Part shown: one piece after another, positions 11,497 to 26,417 of the stretch
Numbering within the stretch: position 1 is the first letter of the stretch
How the letters are laid out: every line of letters starts with the position of its first letter
NCBI GenBank assembly: GCA_051294375.1
Contig: CM119267.1
Coordinates: 6,736,251-6,800,250 of the forward strand
Origin: Paraspadella gotoi
Taxonomy: Eukaryota > Animalia > Chaetognatha
Length of the DNA stretch: 64,000 bases
Direction: 5' to 3'
Made by a program: the position numbers and the translations under genes
Notes under the pieces: model-generated
Seen by the model: only the letters and a program-made list of their open reading frames with translations
What the model was told of the DNA's origin: nothing
Databases searched by the model: none

Positions 11497-13125
11497 CGCT
11501 TTCTTCTGATTGCTTTTTTCTCTTCCCAATATTTATATGACTTCTTCAATCTCTTTTTAATGAAGTATGCCTTTTCGCACGGTTTAGCCACAACTGTCCG
11601 AAAGCATGTCGGTTGTCTTCTATTCCTAATGATATTAAAAGATGTTTTCTGCTTTTTTCTTTACTCCGAAAGGTCAAGTTGCTTTTTCGCGGTCGCTTTA
11701 TGTTTTCCGCTTTCGTATTTTATCGTTTGTCTTTTTTTTGCGTCTTAAAGTTAACGATTTCGTTTTCTTCGCCACCACTAATCGCTTAGTTTTATCTCTC
11801 TCTCTCTCTCTCTCTCTCTCATTCTATTTGTGATTCTGGATTCTGAGTAGCTCACTGCCTGCGATTTACACTCTTCACTTCTCCCCGCCAGCCTCGCTTC
11901 CATATTGCGTATCATTTCTCTCGCCTTGCCATGCCTCAACCTCCCACTATTTTTCACATCTTTTGCACTCCGCGTAGGTTTCTTTCTATTATAGTAATAC
12001 GTTATTGGCAACGGGATTAGAGAGAGTGATTCATTTCGGATCGCCGAGGTCTACTTTCACTATCTCAGTTCCGTTTCGTGGTGTTTTGGACGTATTTGGT
12101 GTAGCTATTATATTATTTTGATGTTTATTCCTTGTGACTATTAATTGGTTCGCGTCTTCATTTTGTTGTCCACTTTGCGTCAATCTGACGAACGTCGATG
12201 TTAACTCAGCTCTCGAGTCATCGTGAACCCGCCCATTTTCTTTCTTTACTTTCCCACTTTTATCCTTCGATGCAGAATTCGTCATTTATTTCATCCATCC
12301 GCTTCTCTTGTCCAGATTCCGTTAAGTCTTTTTTTTCTCGCCCCAGAAATTTCCATAGTCTTCACATTTCATACTCACAGTCCAAAAGCCTTGAGTTTTA
12401 TTAATATTTAACGCATTGCTCTTCTTACCTTGCTTTGGTTTCGGTCCCCTGCTGTCTGCCTTCTTAATTTTAGTTATTTTAGTTAAAACCTCGACTGAAT
12501 CGTTGATGTATTAAAAGAAAAACGCTTTTTAAAAAGCATTCAACTATGATTATATTTCAAAATGTAAAAATTTTGAAATGATCTACATGAAGGAATTCGT
12601 TATTATATAATTATGATGATATATATATATATATAATAATATTATATGATAACCTGAGGATATTTTTCAATACTAAAAAATAAAATTATAAAAATTACGC
12701 TCGGAAGAGGCTTGTAAAAGTACAAATGATCAATCTAATAAGTCCAATGCGGCTCACCAATCTTCCCTCACCCGGCCACACCCCCAGTTCCTCCCCTCAC
12801 ATACCGTCCGCCATCCCCTCTCCCCATCGTATTTTGATTCGCCATTTTTCCACTAAGCGAATCTGGAGCGAATTAGTAGAATTCACCGTAGGCGTTCGCG
12901 TTCGAGAGTCTATACGCACGCGCCTGTAAAACTCGCCCGCCGCTGTATTTATTTATAATACCCTCCGACGATGGAGGAGCCGCCGATTCCCAGGATTTTT
13001 ATGTTTTGCCCAAATCTTCATTTTTTCAGTTCCTAACATTTTTCGGCCCGCGGAGTAAGGGAATAAAATCTCCGAGAGTAGAGAGCGAGAGAGAAGAGAG
13101 AGAAGAGGAGAGAGAGGAAGATGAG

Positions 13126-13161
<36 letters not shown>

Positions 13162-14760
13162 AGAGAAAGAAAGAGATGAAAGAAAGAAAAGAAAAGAAAG
13201 AAAAGAAAGAAAGAAAGAAGAAAGAAAGAAAGAAGAAGAAAGAAAGAAAGAAAGAAAGAAAGAAGAAAAGAAAGAAAAATGAAGGACGGGGATCAGAGGG
13301 ACAGACTAGAGAGACAGTTTTTTTTTTCAGAAATAAAAACATAAAAAATATTAACTCGATCAAAGTTTTAGACTAAAAATTCCCCCAAAAAGTGAGGGGA
13401 GAATTTTTTTATTATAGCCACGGTTCCTTTTTAACAATCGATTTAATCGGCATGAGTGCACACAGATGTAGATGTCCCGGGATACGTTTTCCGACCTTTG
13501 GCTAACAAAAAAGGGTAACAAATTTTTCCTAATGACAGTTTTTTACAATTAATATTAAATTACCTATATAATCATAAAGTAGAAAAAAAATTAAAAAATG
13601 GTTTTATATTTTTTTTAAAAATGAAAATTCATGCATCATTCCATAATCTATGAACAATTTTCTTTCGTTTGATCCATAACCATATATTTATCTTAATAGT
13701 CTTATTTGTAATTAATTTTTCTTTATATTAAATATTATTTTTAATTTTTTTTCAAGGTATTTAAATTAAAAAAATTATAACTATGCCCAAATGATAGAAG
13801 AAAATTTTATATTATAATGGACTTTACCTCACCTAATATAGGCTTCCCAATACATTATAGTAAGTTTATTATGGATTATGTTTTGATATAGAAATAAATA
13901 ATTTAAAATAATTAAATATATGAAAAATTGATACACTTTTGAATTTTTTTAGATAATAAAATAATTTAATTATTTGTTCATGATGCACTTTAATGCTACT
14001 GGTCAGTTGTATCCTTTTCAATTAATAATAATTTGATAACTTCTTTTATTTTTAGTAATCTGACTGCTATAATTTACTTACTTTTGACAAAATTCCAAAA
14101 ATTAACTGATATTAAAAATTATGTATGAACAGACGAAAACTTTTTTTTTAAATCAGAATGCTATTTATTTTTTGGAGTGATATTATAACATACGAACCAA
14201 ACACCCGAGCGCGAGTCCGTGTCCTCGTCATACCACGAGCATTCACTGCCTCCTCTTCCTCCTCCTAGCACCCCAGGGCTCGAGCTTCACCCACGTTTTT
14301 CAATTCTTCCTTCTCTCGTTCCTTCTCTCTCTTACTTTCTCCTCTCCGCTCCTTCCGATTTTCCCTCCTCGTTTTTGTACACCTATTTTTTACTTCTGCC
14401 TTTTAGTAGTACAACACGCTTTTTTCGTTCTCTGATTGCTTTTTTTTTCTCGCAATGTTATGACTTCTTCATCTCTTTTTTAATGAGTATGCCTTTCGCA
14501 ACGGTTTAGCAACAACTGTCCGAAAGCATGTCGGTTGTCCTTCTATCCTAAAATGATATTAAAGATGTTTTCTGCTTTTTTCTTTACTCCGAAGGTCAGT
14601 GCTTTTTTTCCGCGGTCGCTTTATTGTTCCGCTTTCCGTATTTTATCGTTTGTCTTTTTTTGCGTCTTAAAGTTAACGATTTCGTTTTCTTCGCCACCAC
14701 TAACCTATCTGATCCCTTAGTTTCATCTCTCTCCTTCTCTCTCTCTCTCTCTCTCTCTCT
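11497..14760 (+). repeat. ~320-bp duplication (11497-11820 and 14417-14760)
   Basis: ctgattgcttttttt...aacaactgtccgaaagcatgtcggttgtc...gccaccactaa then (CT)n occurs twice with indel differences; a 25-N gap follows at 14881. Confidence 0.8.
12805..12923 (-). other. candidate orphan exon, possibly containing a start codon
   Basis: Minus-strand acceptor gttttacAG and donor GTATGT; aaaaATGGCG at 12845 gives MANQNTMGRGDGG. Confidence 0.3.
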
Positions 14761-14796
14761 TCTTTCTCTTCTCTTTCTCTCTCTCTCTCTGCTTCC

Positions 14797-14851
<55 letters not shown>

Positions 14852-17124
14852 CCTCGCTCTTCTCTCTCTCTCTCTCTCTCNNNNNNNNNNNNNNNNNNNN
14901 NNNNNCAAGAATTTTTGATTTCACAAATTTTATTTACTTCAACCTAAAGAATAAAGTTTTTATTTCCCTTTTTCCTCTTTTCTTTTCTTTTCCCGTCTCT
15001 CTACCTCCTCCCACTTTCTCCTTCTTTCCTCTTCCTCCTCTCGTCTTTTCTTTCCTCCCTTTTTCCTCTTCCTCATCCTCCTCCATCTGCCCGGAACCTT
15101 TTTCCCACCTTCGCTCGCCAGCGTCTGTCTCATAACTTTTCTTTTTTTCCCCCTTCCGACTTTTTTCTTTCTTTTTTTCGCTCCTTTCTTTTTTTTAACG
15201 GTCCGTCCCGTTGTCTCAGTCAACTATTGCGTCGTTGTCATCTTCGTCGTCTTTGTCGTCGTCGTTTTCATCGTCGTCGTCTTCTCCGTCGTCGTTTTCA
15301 TCGTCGTCGTCTTCGTCGTTGTAATCCTCGCGGTCGTCATCCTCGTCATCTTCGTCGTCGTCGTCGTCATCGTTGAAGTCGTCATCTTTGTCATCATCTT
15401 CGTCGGTGTCATCTTCGTCTACGTCATCCTCCTCATCTTAGTTGTCGTCATTTTTTCCATCGTCTTTATCGTAAAAAGTCGTCCCCAGTTTTTTACAACT
15501 TTCATTTATTTTGCCATCGTCTTGTGGCGTCCACTGGTCGTCTTTGTCATCGTCTGCGCGGACTTATTCCTTCATTTCGTCATCTTCGTCATTGTCATCT
15601 CGATCCCCACAGTCACTGTCACCTTTTTCGGCTTCCTCCTCCTCCTCCTCCTCCTCCTCCTCCTCCTCTTCCTCGTTTTTCCTCCCTCACGGCGCCCCCT
15701 CCATCGCAGCAACTCATCCGAGAGTTTATGGTTGCTCTTTTTTCTTTCCTTTTTTTCTTTTTTTTTCTTTTTCATTTCCTTCCTTTCTCCTTATTTCTTC
15801 GCTCCTTTTCTCCTTTCCCTTTCCTTTTTACCCTCCTTATTTTCTTCACTCTACTTCCCTTCTTTTCTTTTTTTCTTTCTGTTCTTTCCTTTCTTCTTAT
15901 TATTCCTTTTCTCCTTTCCCTTTCCTTTTTCCCCCTCCTTATTTTCTTCACTCTACTTCCGTTCCTTTCTTTCCTTTTCTTCTTTCCCTTTCCTTCCCTT
16001 ATTTTCTTCTCTCTTTTTTCTTCGCTTGTTTGCTTTTTTTTGTTTCTCATTATTTATTCTTCTTTTTTAATTTCCTGACTTCTTTTAGATTCCCCCTCCC
16101 TCTTTTTTCTCTCTCCTTGTTTCATATATTCTACTTTCCTACATTTACTCATCTTTTCCAGTCCCGTATTTTTTATAGTCCCCATGTTTTTCATACTTCC
16201 CTTTTTATTTATTATTATTTTTATTTTATTTTCATTTTTTTTTTGCTTAAGTTTTTTTTACGCGTTTCTATTCGATTCTTAAACTTTTCACGAGATTTAT
16301 TTTACTTTTATTACCGCTCGGCTATTCAGTATATTCTCCACATGTTGGATTGCTCTTTATTTTACTGTCCCTTGTTAGCTTTCTGTCTTTTTCTCTTGTT
16401 ATTTTGTTGTTTTTTCTCAAATTATGATCACAGACTTTTCCATTGATTTATATTTACCATTGCTATTTCTTTCAAACTACTTGACATTCACTTTGCTTGC
16501 CATAATCCACACGAAAATATACTCATGCTTGCCTCTGCTTGTTCCACCATACCTAGACATATATTTTCCCTCTTTCTTTTTTCGTAATAATTTCTAATAT
16601 CTTTCTTTCTATCTCTATTTTTTTCTCCTCCTAGAAATCCGTCTCCCGTTTGCCGATTGCTCATTTGGTTTTCTGTCCTCGTGCGTCTTTTTTATTCTGT
16701 TTCTTCGCGAAAACTTTTTCTACTTTTTGTTTACGTAATTTTCAGATACTTTTTTTTTTTTAGATCTGTCAGTTTTGCTCTCTAAATCCTTTCAGTCTTT
16801 CTTTCCTATATTGTCTTTCTTTCATTCTCTCTATCTTTTTTTTCTTGATTCTCTTCTTTTCTTGTCTTTTCTTTTCTTATCTCTTCTTTTCTTGTCTGTA
16901 AATTTTCTTTTGCTTTCTTTCTTTCTTTCTTTCTTTCTTTTCTTTCCCACCTTCTTCCATCCTTCCTCCCTACTCTTTCCATCTTCCTTTCTTTTCATTC
17001 GTCTTTCCTCAACTTTTCTTTTTTCTCTCTTTACTTTTTCCGTAATTTATTTGTGTTTCGGAGGAATCCGATTTGTTTTTTCCTCTCTTCTCTCTCCTCT
17101 CTCTCTTCTCTCTCTCTCTTCTCT

Positions 17125-17157
<33 letters not shown>

Positions 17158-17424
17158 TCTCTCTCTCTCTCTTCTCTCTCTCGGCTAAAATCCTTTTAGC
17201 GTCGCCTTTTTATTCCCCTTATATTCGACGGCTTTTTTTCCCCTTCTTATTTTTTCCTTTCATTTTTTCTTCTCTCACTTTTACTCCGATTATTTTCACT
17301 TTCTTTTCTCACATTTCCTTCACCCGATATATCATTTTTTTAAAAGTTTTTATAACCGATTTATTTCTCGCAGTGCGTGTCATAAATAAAAATACAATAT
17401 AAAGACATTTGTTATACATAAAAT

Positions 17425-17491
17425 AGTCACGTGATCACACGTGAAAAGAAAGTCGCTGGGGCGCGACACATTGGACGAACCGAAAATGTTT
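17425..17491 (+). mobile_element. HINE 3' end fragment
   Basis: cacgtgaaaagaaagtcgctggggcgcgacacattgga matches tacgtgaaaataaaatcactgcagcgcagcacattgga of the 50844 copy. Confidence 0.5.
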
Positions 17492-17494
17492 CTG

Positions 17495-17617
<123 letters not shown>

Positions 17618-17832
17618 GTCAGCGGTCGTCATTCCTCAAATTTGTCTTTCGTAATATCAAGATTTCCTAATCGTTTATCATCGTGTTGTACATATTTTGG
17701 TCGCAGCCGGATTATGTTTTGGTCGTTATTGTTTTTTTGTCATGAAAATCCGCAAGAAACTCTGTCTTCTTCATCATCATCACATCTTCTTCATCATCAC
17801 ATAATCATCATCATAACATAATCGTCATCATC

Positions 17833-17870
<38 letters not shown>

Positions 17871-20869
17871 TATCATCATCATCATCATCATCGTCGTCGT
17901 CGTCGTCGTCGTCATCGTCGTCCTCGTCGTCGTCCCTCTCGTCAACACAGACTCATCGTCAAATCGTCATTATCGTCATCATCACCGTCGGAGATATAGA
18001 CGTCGGCCCACGACGCCGACACCGGCCCGCAACGCGGCTCTGCGACGCCGGCCCGGCGACGCCGACGCCGCCAGCGTCCCCTGACGACGGATGAAGCCAT
18101 TGCGAGGAGCGATGAAGATTCCGAGGCGGAAATGACCGAACGAGCGTCGAAAGCGTTTTATAGCGTCGTCGTCGTTGTTGTTGTTGTTGTTGTGAATGTT
18201 GTTGTTGCCTTCGTCGTCTTTAAGGATATCAGGGTTCGGCGTCGTCGTCGTCGTCGTCGTCGTAGTTGTTGCCGGGAAAGTACTCCATGTGGTCAATGTA
18301 TTGCGAGACATCAACTCGGAACTTGTTGTAGTCTCGGCTTACGTGACACTCGGTCCCCGCTCCCGTTAATGTTTTCTGGGTCAGGTTGCGTTCCCGAGTC
18401 TTCTAATCACTTCTGGCCGCAAAAAGGCGCCATCTCGATTGCTCACCCGAGTGTCGCTAAATTGGAAGCGCCAATGAGGTTTTCGTGACCGTCGACGTTG
18501 GCGTCATTGTCGTTGTTGTTGTCGTCTTATTCCAATCACGTTATCTTTTAGAAGTGGGTTTCTGAGTCGTCGTCGTCGTCGTCATTATTACCCTCGTGCT
18601 CCACTATTGATTTTCATCTCAATTTTGTTGTTGTTATGGTCATCATATTTGCTTTTATTTAACACTGTCAGTGTCATCGTCGTCATCGTCATTGTCATCG
18701 TCGTCGTCACTATATAACCACCGTACTCCTGTTTTGATATTAATTTTCTTTCATTTTTGACTTATACAATTGCAAGTCGTTTAAACTTACCAATGGAACT
18801 TAGCTCCGACAGATTCTTCCCAAAAACCTTTCTTTCATATCACTCATGCATCGCTAACGTTATATTATAATTAGAAAAATATTTTTTTTTATTAAAAACT
18901 CATCTGAGCCAACGACGCATCCCAAATACTACATCATTCAATTAGTAATCATTTTTATCCCAATTTCAAAATGGAAAAAAGTTAAAACGTTTAGTACACC
19001 CTGTATCTTAATTTCCCAAATCCCCTTTCCTCACTTGGTAAGGTCTGCAGCCGCCGATGATCCGTTTAGGAAAGTCTCTTCATACGAAAACACGCAATAT
19101 TTTTTTTGTCTCTCGTCCCATTAGGGAAAAGGTCCCGAACAATGGAGATTTGTCCCAGACCCCAAGTCCCGCTTGGACCCGGACCCCAGGTCTCCCTCTA
19201 TCCTGAACCCCAGGTGCCGTTCGGTCCATAGACTCAGTCGATGGGAAAAGATGAGATCCTCGTTATGCTCAGTTGATTTGTCCTGGTCGACACCTCAACT
19301 CTTCGGTCAATCGTCCCACTCGACTTTTTTTTGGTATTTTTTATCTTCTCTATTGAATATCCTAATCGACTATCTCACTGCAACCATTTTTTTCTTTTAT
19401 TTGACATCCTGAGTTGCATACCTTACTCGACTGTCTAGCAATTGCCAACTCGACTGTCTCTCTCGACAGTCATGCTATCCCCAAGCTGACTGTCCCACTC
19501 GACCATCTTTCTATCTCCAACTCGACTATCTTACTCGACTTTCTCGGACGACAATTTCAGACGACGAAAGACGAGGACAGACGATGTAAACGAAGGTTTT
19601 TTTTCGAGTTTTAAGAGCGATTTTCTCGTTGATAACTCGCCACCGAATTTGAGACCGCATCTTTCAAAATCTTTTTTTGAGCTCCGTTTTGTTTTAGGGA
19701 GGTTTATTTTCTCAGAAACTAAGTGCAAAATATCTAGATGTTTATTGTAAATTTAAAAGTTTTATATATTCTTCACTATACCATAATTGTATATCAATAC
19801 ATCGTTCGTCATCATCATCATCACGGCATTTGACTAATAGTTCTATTTGTCACATCCATCTCATGATGTTGTTTTTCGTCACCGATTAATATTTCTCATG
19901 ACAACGTCGTCGACTTCATCATCGTCGTCATCATCATCGTCGACGTCGGCGTCGTCGCCATCGTCTCAAAACGGGATCCTCGCTTTCTTTTTTAACCGGT
20001 GGCGCCTTCAGCGGCCATCACGCAAAGCGACGCTTAAACTCGGCGGCTCCCTCTGTCTCTCGGCGCACATTTCTTTCCTTTTTTTTTTCGGCGGGATTTG
20101 ACGAAATGAATAATTGGCGACGCGAAACAAAAGACAAAGAAAAACAAGAAATGGAAAAACAAAAATACAAAAATTATAAAAAACTGTTTTTATTTCTGAT
20201 TTAATTTATTAGATTTTAATTGTGGCGGCGCGATGAATGAATATTAAATAAAAAAAAATTGAATACAATGAAAATAATTTTTTTTATAAAATTAACCAAC
20301 AATACAATTTTTGACACAAATGTCAGTAACATGTTGCCATTCAGTTTTATTAGGCCAAAAATATTTAAAATATATTATCTTTCTGATTTTCATTTCTATA
20401 GTAGAAAATCAAAAGGATGGAATTTTTCAACTTTAAAACCCAATGTCTGCCCAGAAATAAATTTATTATACAGATTTAATTTCTCATTTTTCCTACAGGT
20501 CTCGCTTTCTCAAATCAATAAAAATTCCTGACCAAAAATTAACAATATTAATATTTTATCAACATCGACTACGACCGTATCGGGAGATACAATGAAAGCA
20601 AACGGAGAAAAACAATAAGCGATTAAAAAGACCCATTCAAGTTCAACCTTCAGACTTGAGAATCGAAAACAAAAAAGCATCGCGTGGATTCGTATTCGCT
20701 CAAGATCAAATTTGGATTCTCCCTTTAGAGAAATGGGCGAGGAGGCCGCCAAGGATTCGGGACTAAAAAAGAAAAACAAAACCGCACAATAATAAAAAAG
20801 ACTCGAAATAAAATTGGGTTTTTCGCCATGAAAGTCAAAAATCATGAAGAACGAGGAGTTCGCAAAGGT

Positions 20870-20998
<129 letters not shown>

Positions 20999-21128
20999 AA
21001 GAGACGGGTATATAAGATAAAAAAATTTGAAAATAAACATTAAATGAGCGGGTTAAACGAGAAATAGAAAGAAAGATGGAAAGAAAGAAAGAAAAAACGA
21101 AATAAAGAAAGAAAGAAAAAACGAAATA

Positions 21129-21160
<32 letters not shown>

Positions 21161-22194
21161 ATAAAGTAATTAAGAAACAAATAAAAAACATAAAGAGAAC
21201 CAAGAGGGAGATAAAAAAAGATTAATTAATAAAAGTTTAAAACAAAATCGGAAGCGAAAACTCTGCAAACGTGACCGTCAGAACCTCTTTTAAAATCTTG
21301 AGAAGCGTAAGCCGTCGCCGCTGCTGCCTTCGCCGCCGCCGCTGCGGCCTCCGACGCCGCCGCCGCCGCCGCCGACACCGCCACATAGACTGACACGCAA
21401 TTTTCTGCGAATTATTAAAGTTTTTCAATTATCTGTTTTTTTTTGTTCCGTGAGACGAATCTCTCGGTCATTGAAGTGTGAGGATGAGTAGGAGGAGGAT
21501 GAAGAGGAGGAGGAGGAGGAGGAAGAGGAAGAAAGATTTTTTTGTCTGGCACCCGTAACGGTACGACGACGAATTCAATTATGAGGCAAATCAAGATTGG
21601 TACGGATCATAGTTCTACGGACTCGGAAATTCTAATTCTAATTTAGTATATACTAAAATATGACGTAAATATAGAAAATTGACTTAGTTTAACTATACCA
21701 TTGCTCGTAAAAACTAAATTTAATAGTCAATAGCCTTCGCTTTTATTAGCCATAAATTTCAGTGTAAAAACGTAAATTTTATAAAGATAAAAATAAGAGA
21801 GCGGGACTGCATCTCGGCAGTAAAGAAATTCTTCCTACTCTTCTTTGCCACTGTCTTTTTTTCCAAGTATATACTTCTATTTTATTATTCTTAAGAATTT
21901 TCTTTAATTGAATGAATATTGCTACATACCACAATTTTTAATTCGATCACGAGGATCGAGTCTCGCTCGCGATGTTTCCCATAATTCACGTGACTCGTCA
22001 CTTCGTTATGAGAAGAAAACGAAAAAGATTTTTCAAACAATAAACGTGATCCCCCGAGCTGTCTTTGTGATCGATTTGATCTTACATCGAGTTGACGAAA
22101 ACAGTCTCGTCGTGTCTCGAATTAGTTTGGGACGACTTTCTTTATTTCCCGTGAATTTTCACACAAGTGACCGAGAGGAGAGAGTGAGTTTGGA

Positions 22195-22440
22195 GAGCCC
22201 CCACACTTACTGAGCCCAGTGGGTCTGGGAGATTTTTTTTCGTCTATTGCCTTGCTTTCCGGAACTTCGGATCCGGCGGTAGGGTTGCTACCGGTGATTT
22301 AATCGGCACGTCACTCTTTTTGCAAGGACTGTTCTGATCAGGGCTCGAACCCGGGACCATTGCGTTCGATGAAGCGTTAGATGAAGCGTAAGCCCAGTGC
22401 GTTTTTACGGCGCCGATGGAAACAACAGTGGTATCCAACA
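22195..22440 (-). mobile_element. probable tRNA-derived SINE
   Basis: Minus-strand B-box ggtcccgGGTTCGAGCCC (22341-22351) in a ~250-bp GC-balanced island within AT-rich DNA; A-box degraded; boundaries approximate. Confidence 0.4.
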
Positions 22441-24441
22441 TTATCTTTATTTTGATAATCGTAACTTATTTGTTTTAATATGCAATGTAATTTTTTTCGT
22501 TTTCCTCCCTCTCTCAATTTATTAACAAGCTCAAAATAGAGCTATGGAAACGAAAATTAATTTTATTTGAATAAAAAATTGCAAAATTATTTGTTTTACT
22601 ATGCAATTATAAAATTTATTAAGCTATATTAGACAAAGTTTTAAAATTTAATATAAAACTGAATTTAATTATTAGATTTATTTCATAATTAATAATGTAA
22701 TGTGAAGAGGGATGTTAGCGTTGTCTTTTGGAAATAGAGAGAGCATCTATACAACACAAGGTTAAAAATTACTTTCGTCAAACATCGTTCTCGCAAGGAA
22801 GCCATTCATTGAAAACAAATTTCGGCTTTAAACAATATTTCAGTAGAAAAAATTTCAGAAAAACCTAATGGAGCTAGAATTTTCAAAGGCTACTTTCGTG
22901 TCCGAATCTGACGGGTTTTTTTTCTTTTCTCTTTCCTTCCATTTCATGTTAATTTTTTTTTTTATTTCAAACTGATTTTTTTTTCGCTCAAAAGTGATTT
23001 ATGAGAATTTGATCGGACTGTTTAAGGCGAGAACCATTTGTCACTTCTTTAAGGGAGGGAGGGTGATGTTAAAGAAGGTAAACGAGAGGGGGGAGCGGAG
23101 GAGGAGAGAAGAGAGAGAGATGAGTGCAAGAGAGAGGAGAGAGACCAGGTGAGAGGAGAGAGAGAGAGATCGGGCGGTGGAAAAGCTTTTATGGCAAATA
23201 AAACTTACGACTTAGCTTAATTAGAAATGAAAATAATTCTAAACATAGCTTCCTATTTTTTAGATTTAAAATAACTAATATTTATGATCTTATTTATTTG
23301 TTAATTATTTTTGTGTTAAATATTTAAATATATTTTTTTTTATCTGTTTGGGATGGGGACGTTAGTGTTGTCTTCTGGAAATAGAGGGTGCATCTACACA
23401 TCTGTTCCAGTTTTCTTTTTACCATAAGGATATTATATTTTGTAATATTTATTATCGTCCTTATTTTCTGAATCTCTATGTCATGTGGCCCAAAGTTCTC
23501 ATTTCCATTAAGACCGACCCTGATGCCATTTTCGCCATTTTTGTTGCTACAAACAAGAAGACGTTTCGCCATTTCCGTTATACTCGCCATTTGCTTCTCG
23601 CAATCCACGCCGCCCATAAGCGAGATCCGCCGCCGCCGCAGCCGTTGCCGCCGTCGCCGTCGCCGCCGCCGCAGACGCCACCACAGCCGCCATTTTTTTT
23701 TGCCGCTTTTTATTCCTACTTTTTGGGCGCAAACGCGGAATGAAATTCCCGTTTATCGTCTCCGCCTACGAAAATAAAAGAGGTAAATAAAAGGGAAAAA
23801 TAAAAGGGAAAAATAAAAGGGAAAAATAAAAGGGAAAAATAAAAATGCATATAAAAAAAGGATAAAAACAATATTCGTGTCAAGGGACGGAGTGGTGGAT
23901 TAATGAGATAAGAGATAGGTAGAGGAGATGGAGCGATGAAAAGGTGTACGATATATATATAAATATATATATATAACATTATATGTATTCCATTAGTGTA
24001 TTTTCCCTTTCACTTTAGTTTGTTTGAAATTTGAGATGAGAAAGTTTTCTTTGTTTAAATAAAAAAATATAATTTCGTTGCATCTTTATTTCGATTTTCG
24101 AAATCTTAGACTTTAGAGATGTTGAGATGCATTAGAGATAAGGCGCTTAAAAGGTTTAGAGATGGCAAATGTAAAATTGAGATACATAGTTTAAGATGAA
24201 TTGGGGGAAGCAATTTTAAGGAAATCGAGTAGAAACGCAAAAGAATCGAATTCCGGTAAAAAAAATATTCAAAATTCACCCAAAATTTTTGGGCGTCTCT
24301 CCTTTATTTGGGTCCTTTTCTATCTCTTAGTGTCTGTCCCTCTCTCTGTCCCTATTTCTGATTCCTTCTCAAACTCTCTCTCTCGCTGCCTCTCTTTCCC
24401 TCTCTCTCTCTCTCTCTCTTCTGCTCTCTCTCTCTCTCTCG

Positions 24442-24512
<71 letters not shown>

Positions 24513-24661
24513 GTGTTCTGTGTGCGGTGTCTTCTGATGAAGACCGAGAATTTTTATTTCAAGTTGTGTGTTAAAAAAACTTTTTTTCTTACTTCCTTAA
24601 CTTTTTCGTATTTTGTTCTTCTCTCCCCTCTCTCTTCTCTTCTCTCTCTCTCCGTCTCTCT

Positions 24662-24694
<33 letters not shown>

Positions 24695-24720
24695 TCTCTC
24701 TCTCTCTCTCCTCTCTTCTT

Positions 24721-24756
<36 letters not shown>

Positions 24757-26385
24757 CTCTCTTTCTCGCCTGCCTTTTCATTTCCCGCTTCTCATCACAA
24801 GATTGAACCGCTTTGAAAATAAAGAATCTGCAGTAAACAAGCCAAAACAAAGGGCAGACAGTAATTCTTTTTCCTTCTAAGTCGCTTACTTTTTCTTTCT
24901 GTCTTTCTCTTTTTCTTTCTTTTCTTTCTTTCTTTTCTTTCTTTCTTTCTTCTTTCTTTCTTTCTCTTCTTTCTTTCCTTCTTTCTTTTCCTTCTTTCTT
25001 CTTTTCTTGTCTTCTGTTCTTAATCTTTTCTTTTTCTTTCTCTCTCTTTCCCTTCTTCTTTTCTCTCCTTCCCTTCTCCTCTCTCTATCTCATCTCTTCC
25101 TCTCTCTCTCCTCTCCGTCTCACCTCTCCCCTCTCCCTCCTCTTTCCTCCCCTCCCTCCAGCCCATCTCTCCAACATGCTTCTCCGCTCTTCTCTCTTGC
25201 CCTCACCCTCCTCTCCTCCGCTCCGCTCTCGTCTCTCCCTCTCTCTCTCTCTTGCTCATTCTCTCTCCCTTCTCAGTCTCGCAATCCCCTCACTCTCTCG
25301 TCACTCTTCTCTCTCTCTCTCTCATTTTTTTGGGCGACGCTTTCGGGCGAATAATAATCCTTTCTAAAATCTTCTTTCGTCTATAAAAAAAAACTTTCAA
25401 ATTTTCTAGATTTAAATTTTTAAACAAAAAACATAATTTTTTTAAAAAGTTTAAACTTTCAAGCAGAAAATCTTGTTTTTAGGAAAATAGAGGGCGTAAG
25501 ACTCGATGCGCTTTTGTTTACGAGATCATTTCCCAGAAATTCGGTCGGAATCATCGGCGCCATCTTTGATATCATGATGATACCTCCTCGCGACGAGCCG
25601 GTATCGAGAGAACAGCATTAAGGCATCTTCAGCATTTCGTTAAAAGGGCAAGAAGAATTGGGAAATAATCATACTGATGAGTCACATCTACCTCGTCAAC
25701 TCACTTAGATTTTCGGGGGATTTGATTTATTTTCAAACGTGGTTAAGTATTATTTACTAAACTTTGCATAGGTTGGTTTTTTTTTTCATCGGTTAAGCTT
25801 TTCCCGCCAATGCACACGCAAGTACTGTTTAGTCTCTGACTCCTGAGCACAAAAAAAAATAATGTTGCTTTTTCAAAATATGATTGGCAAAACTCATTTG
25901 TTTTAAACCGCTTTGAAGTAATTTTCTGCTAATTACTTTTGTTCCTCTCGAAATATTTAAATATTTTTTTTTTAAAAAGAAATATTTCAGATTCTACATT
26001 GGAGAATCGACAATCGTTCGTAACATAGTGAAAATTAATCTTTTTTAAAAATAATACCCAGAGGTTTTTAATAATATTATTAATTATCGATTATGTAACG
26101 AGACTCGTCTAATAATCCAGGGAAAATCCCTCGTTCAATCGTTTCGACTTTAATACGCAAATGGGATTAAGGTCTCGGCTTTTTTTTTCCCGCGGAAAAT
26201 ATAAAATCCGCCGAACCGTCGACCCCAAGATTTTTCTTTTTTTTTTTTTTTTATCCCGCGACCTTCCATTTTTCACAACCGCCACTCGACGGTGACGACT
26301 ATTGACGACGACGTAACCACGACGATTTATGACGACGACGACGACGATTATGACGACGACGATTATGACGACAGGGAAGGACGGG

Positions 26386-26417
<32 letters not shown>

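Noticed and set aside
15511-16446. 311-aa Phe/Ser/Leu-rich ORF (likewise 34475-35467, 29598-30455, 51795-52505)
   Set aside because: Stop-free only because of polypyrimidine or polypurine low complexity; not credible membrane proteins.
19050-19064. RIIGG trypsin-like activation motif on the minus strand
   Set aside because: Following residues do not fit a serine protease N-terminus, and no catalytic His/Asp/Ser motifs were found in the window.
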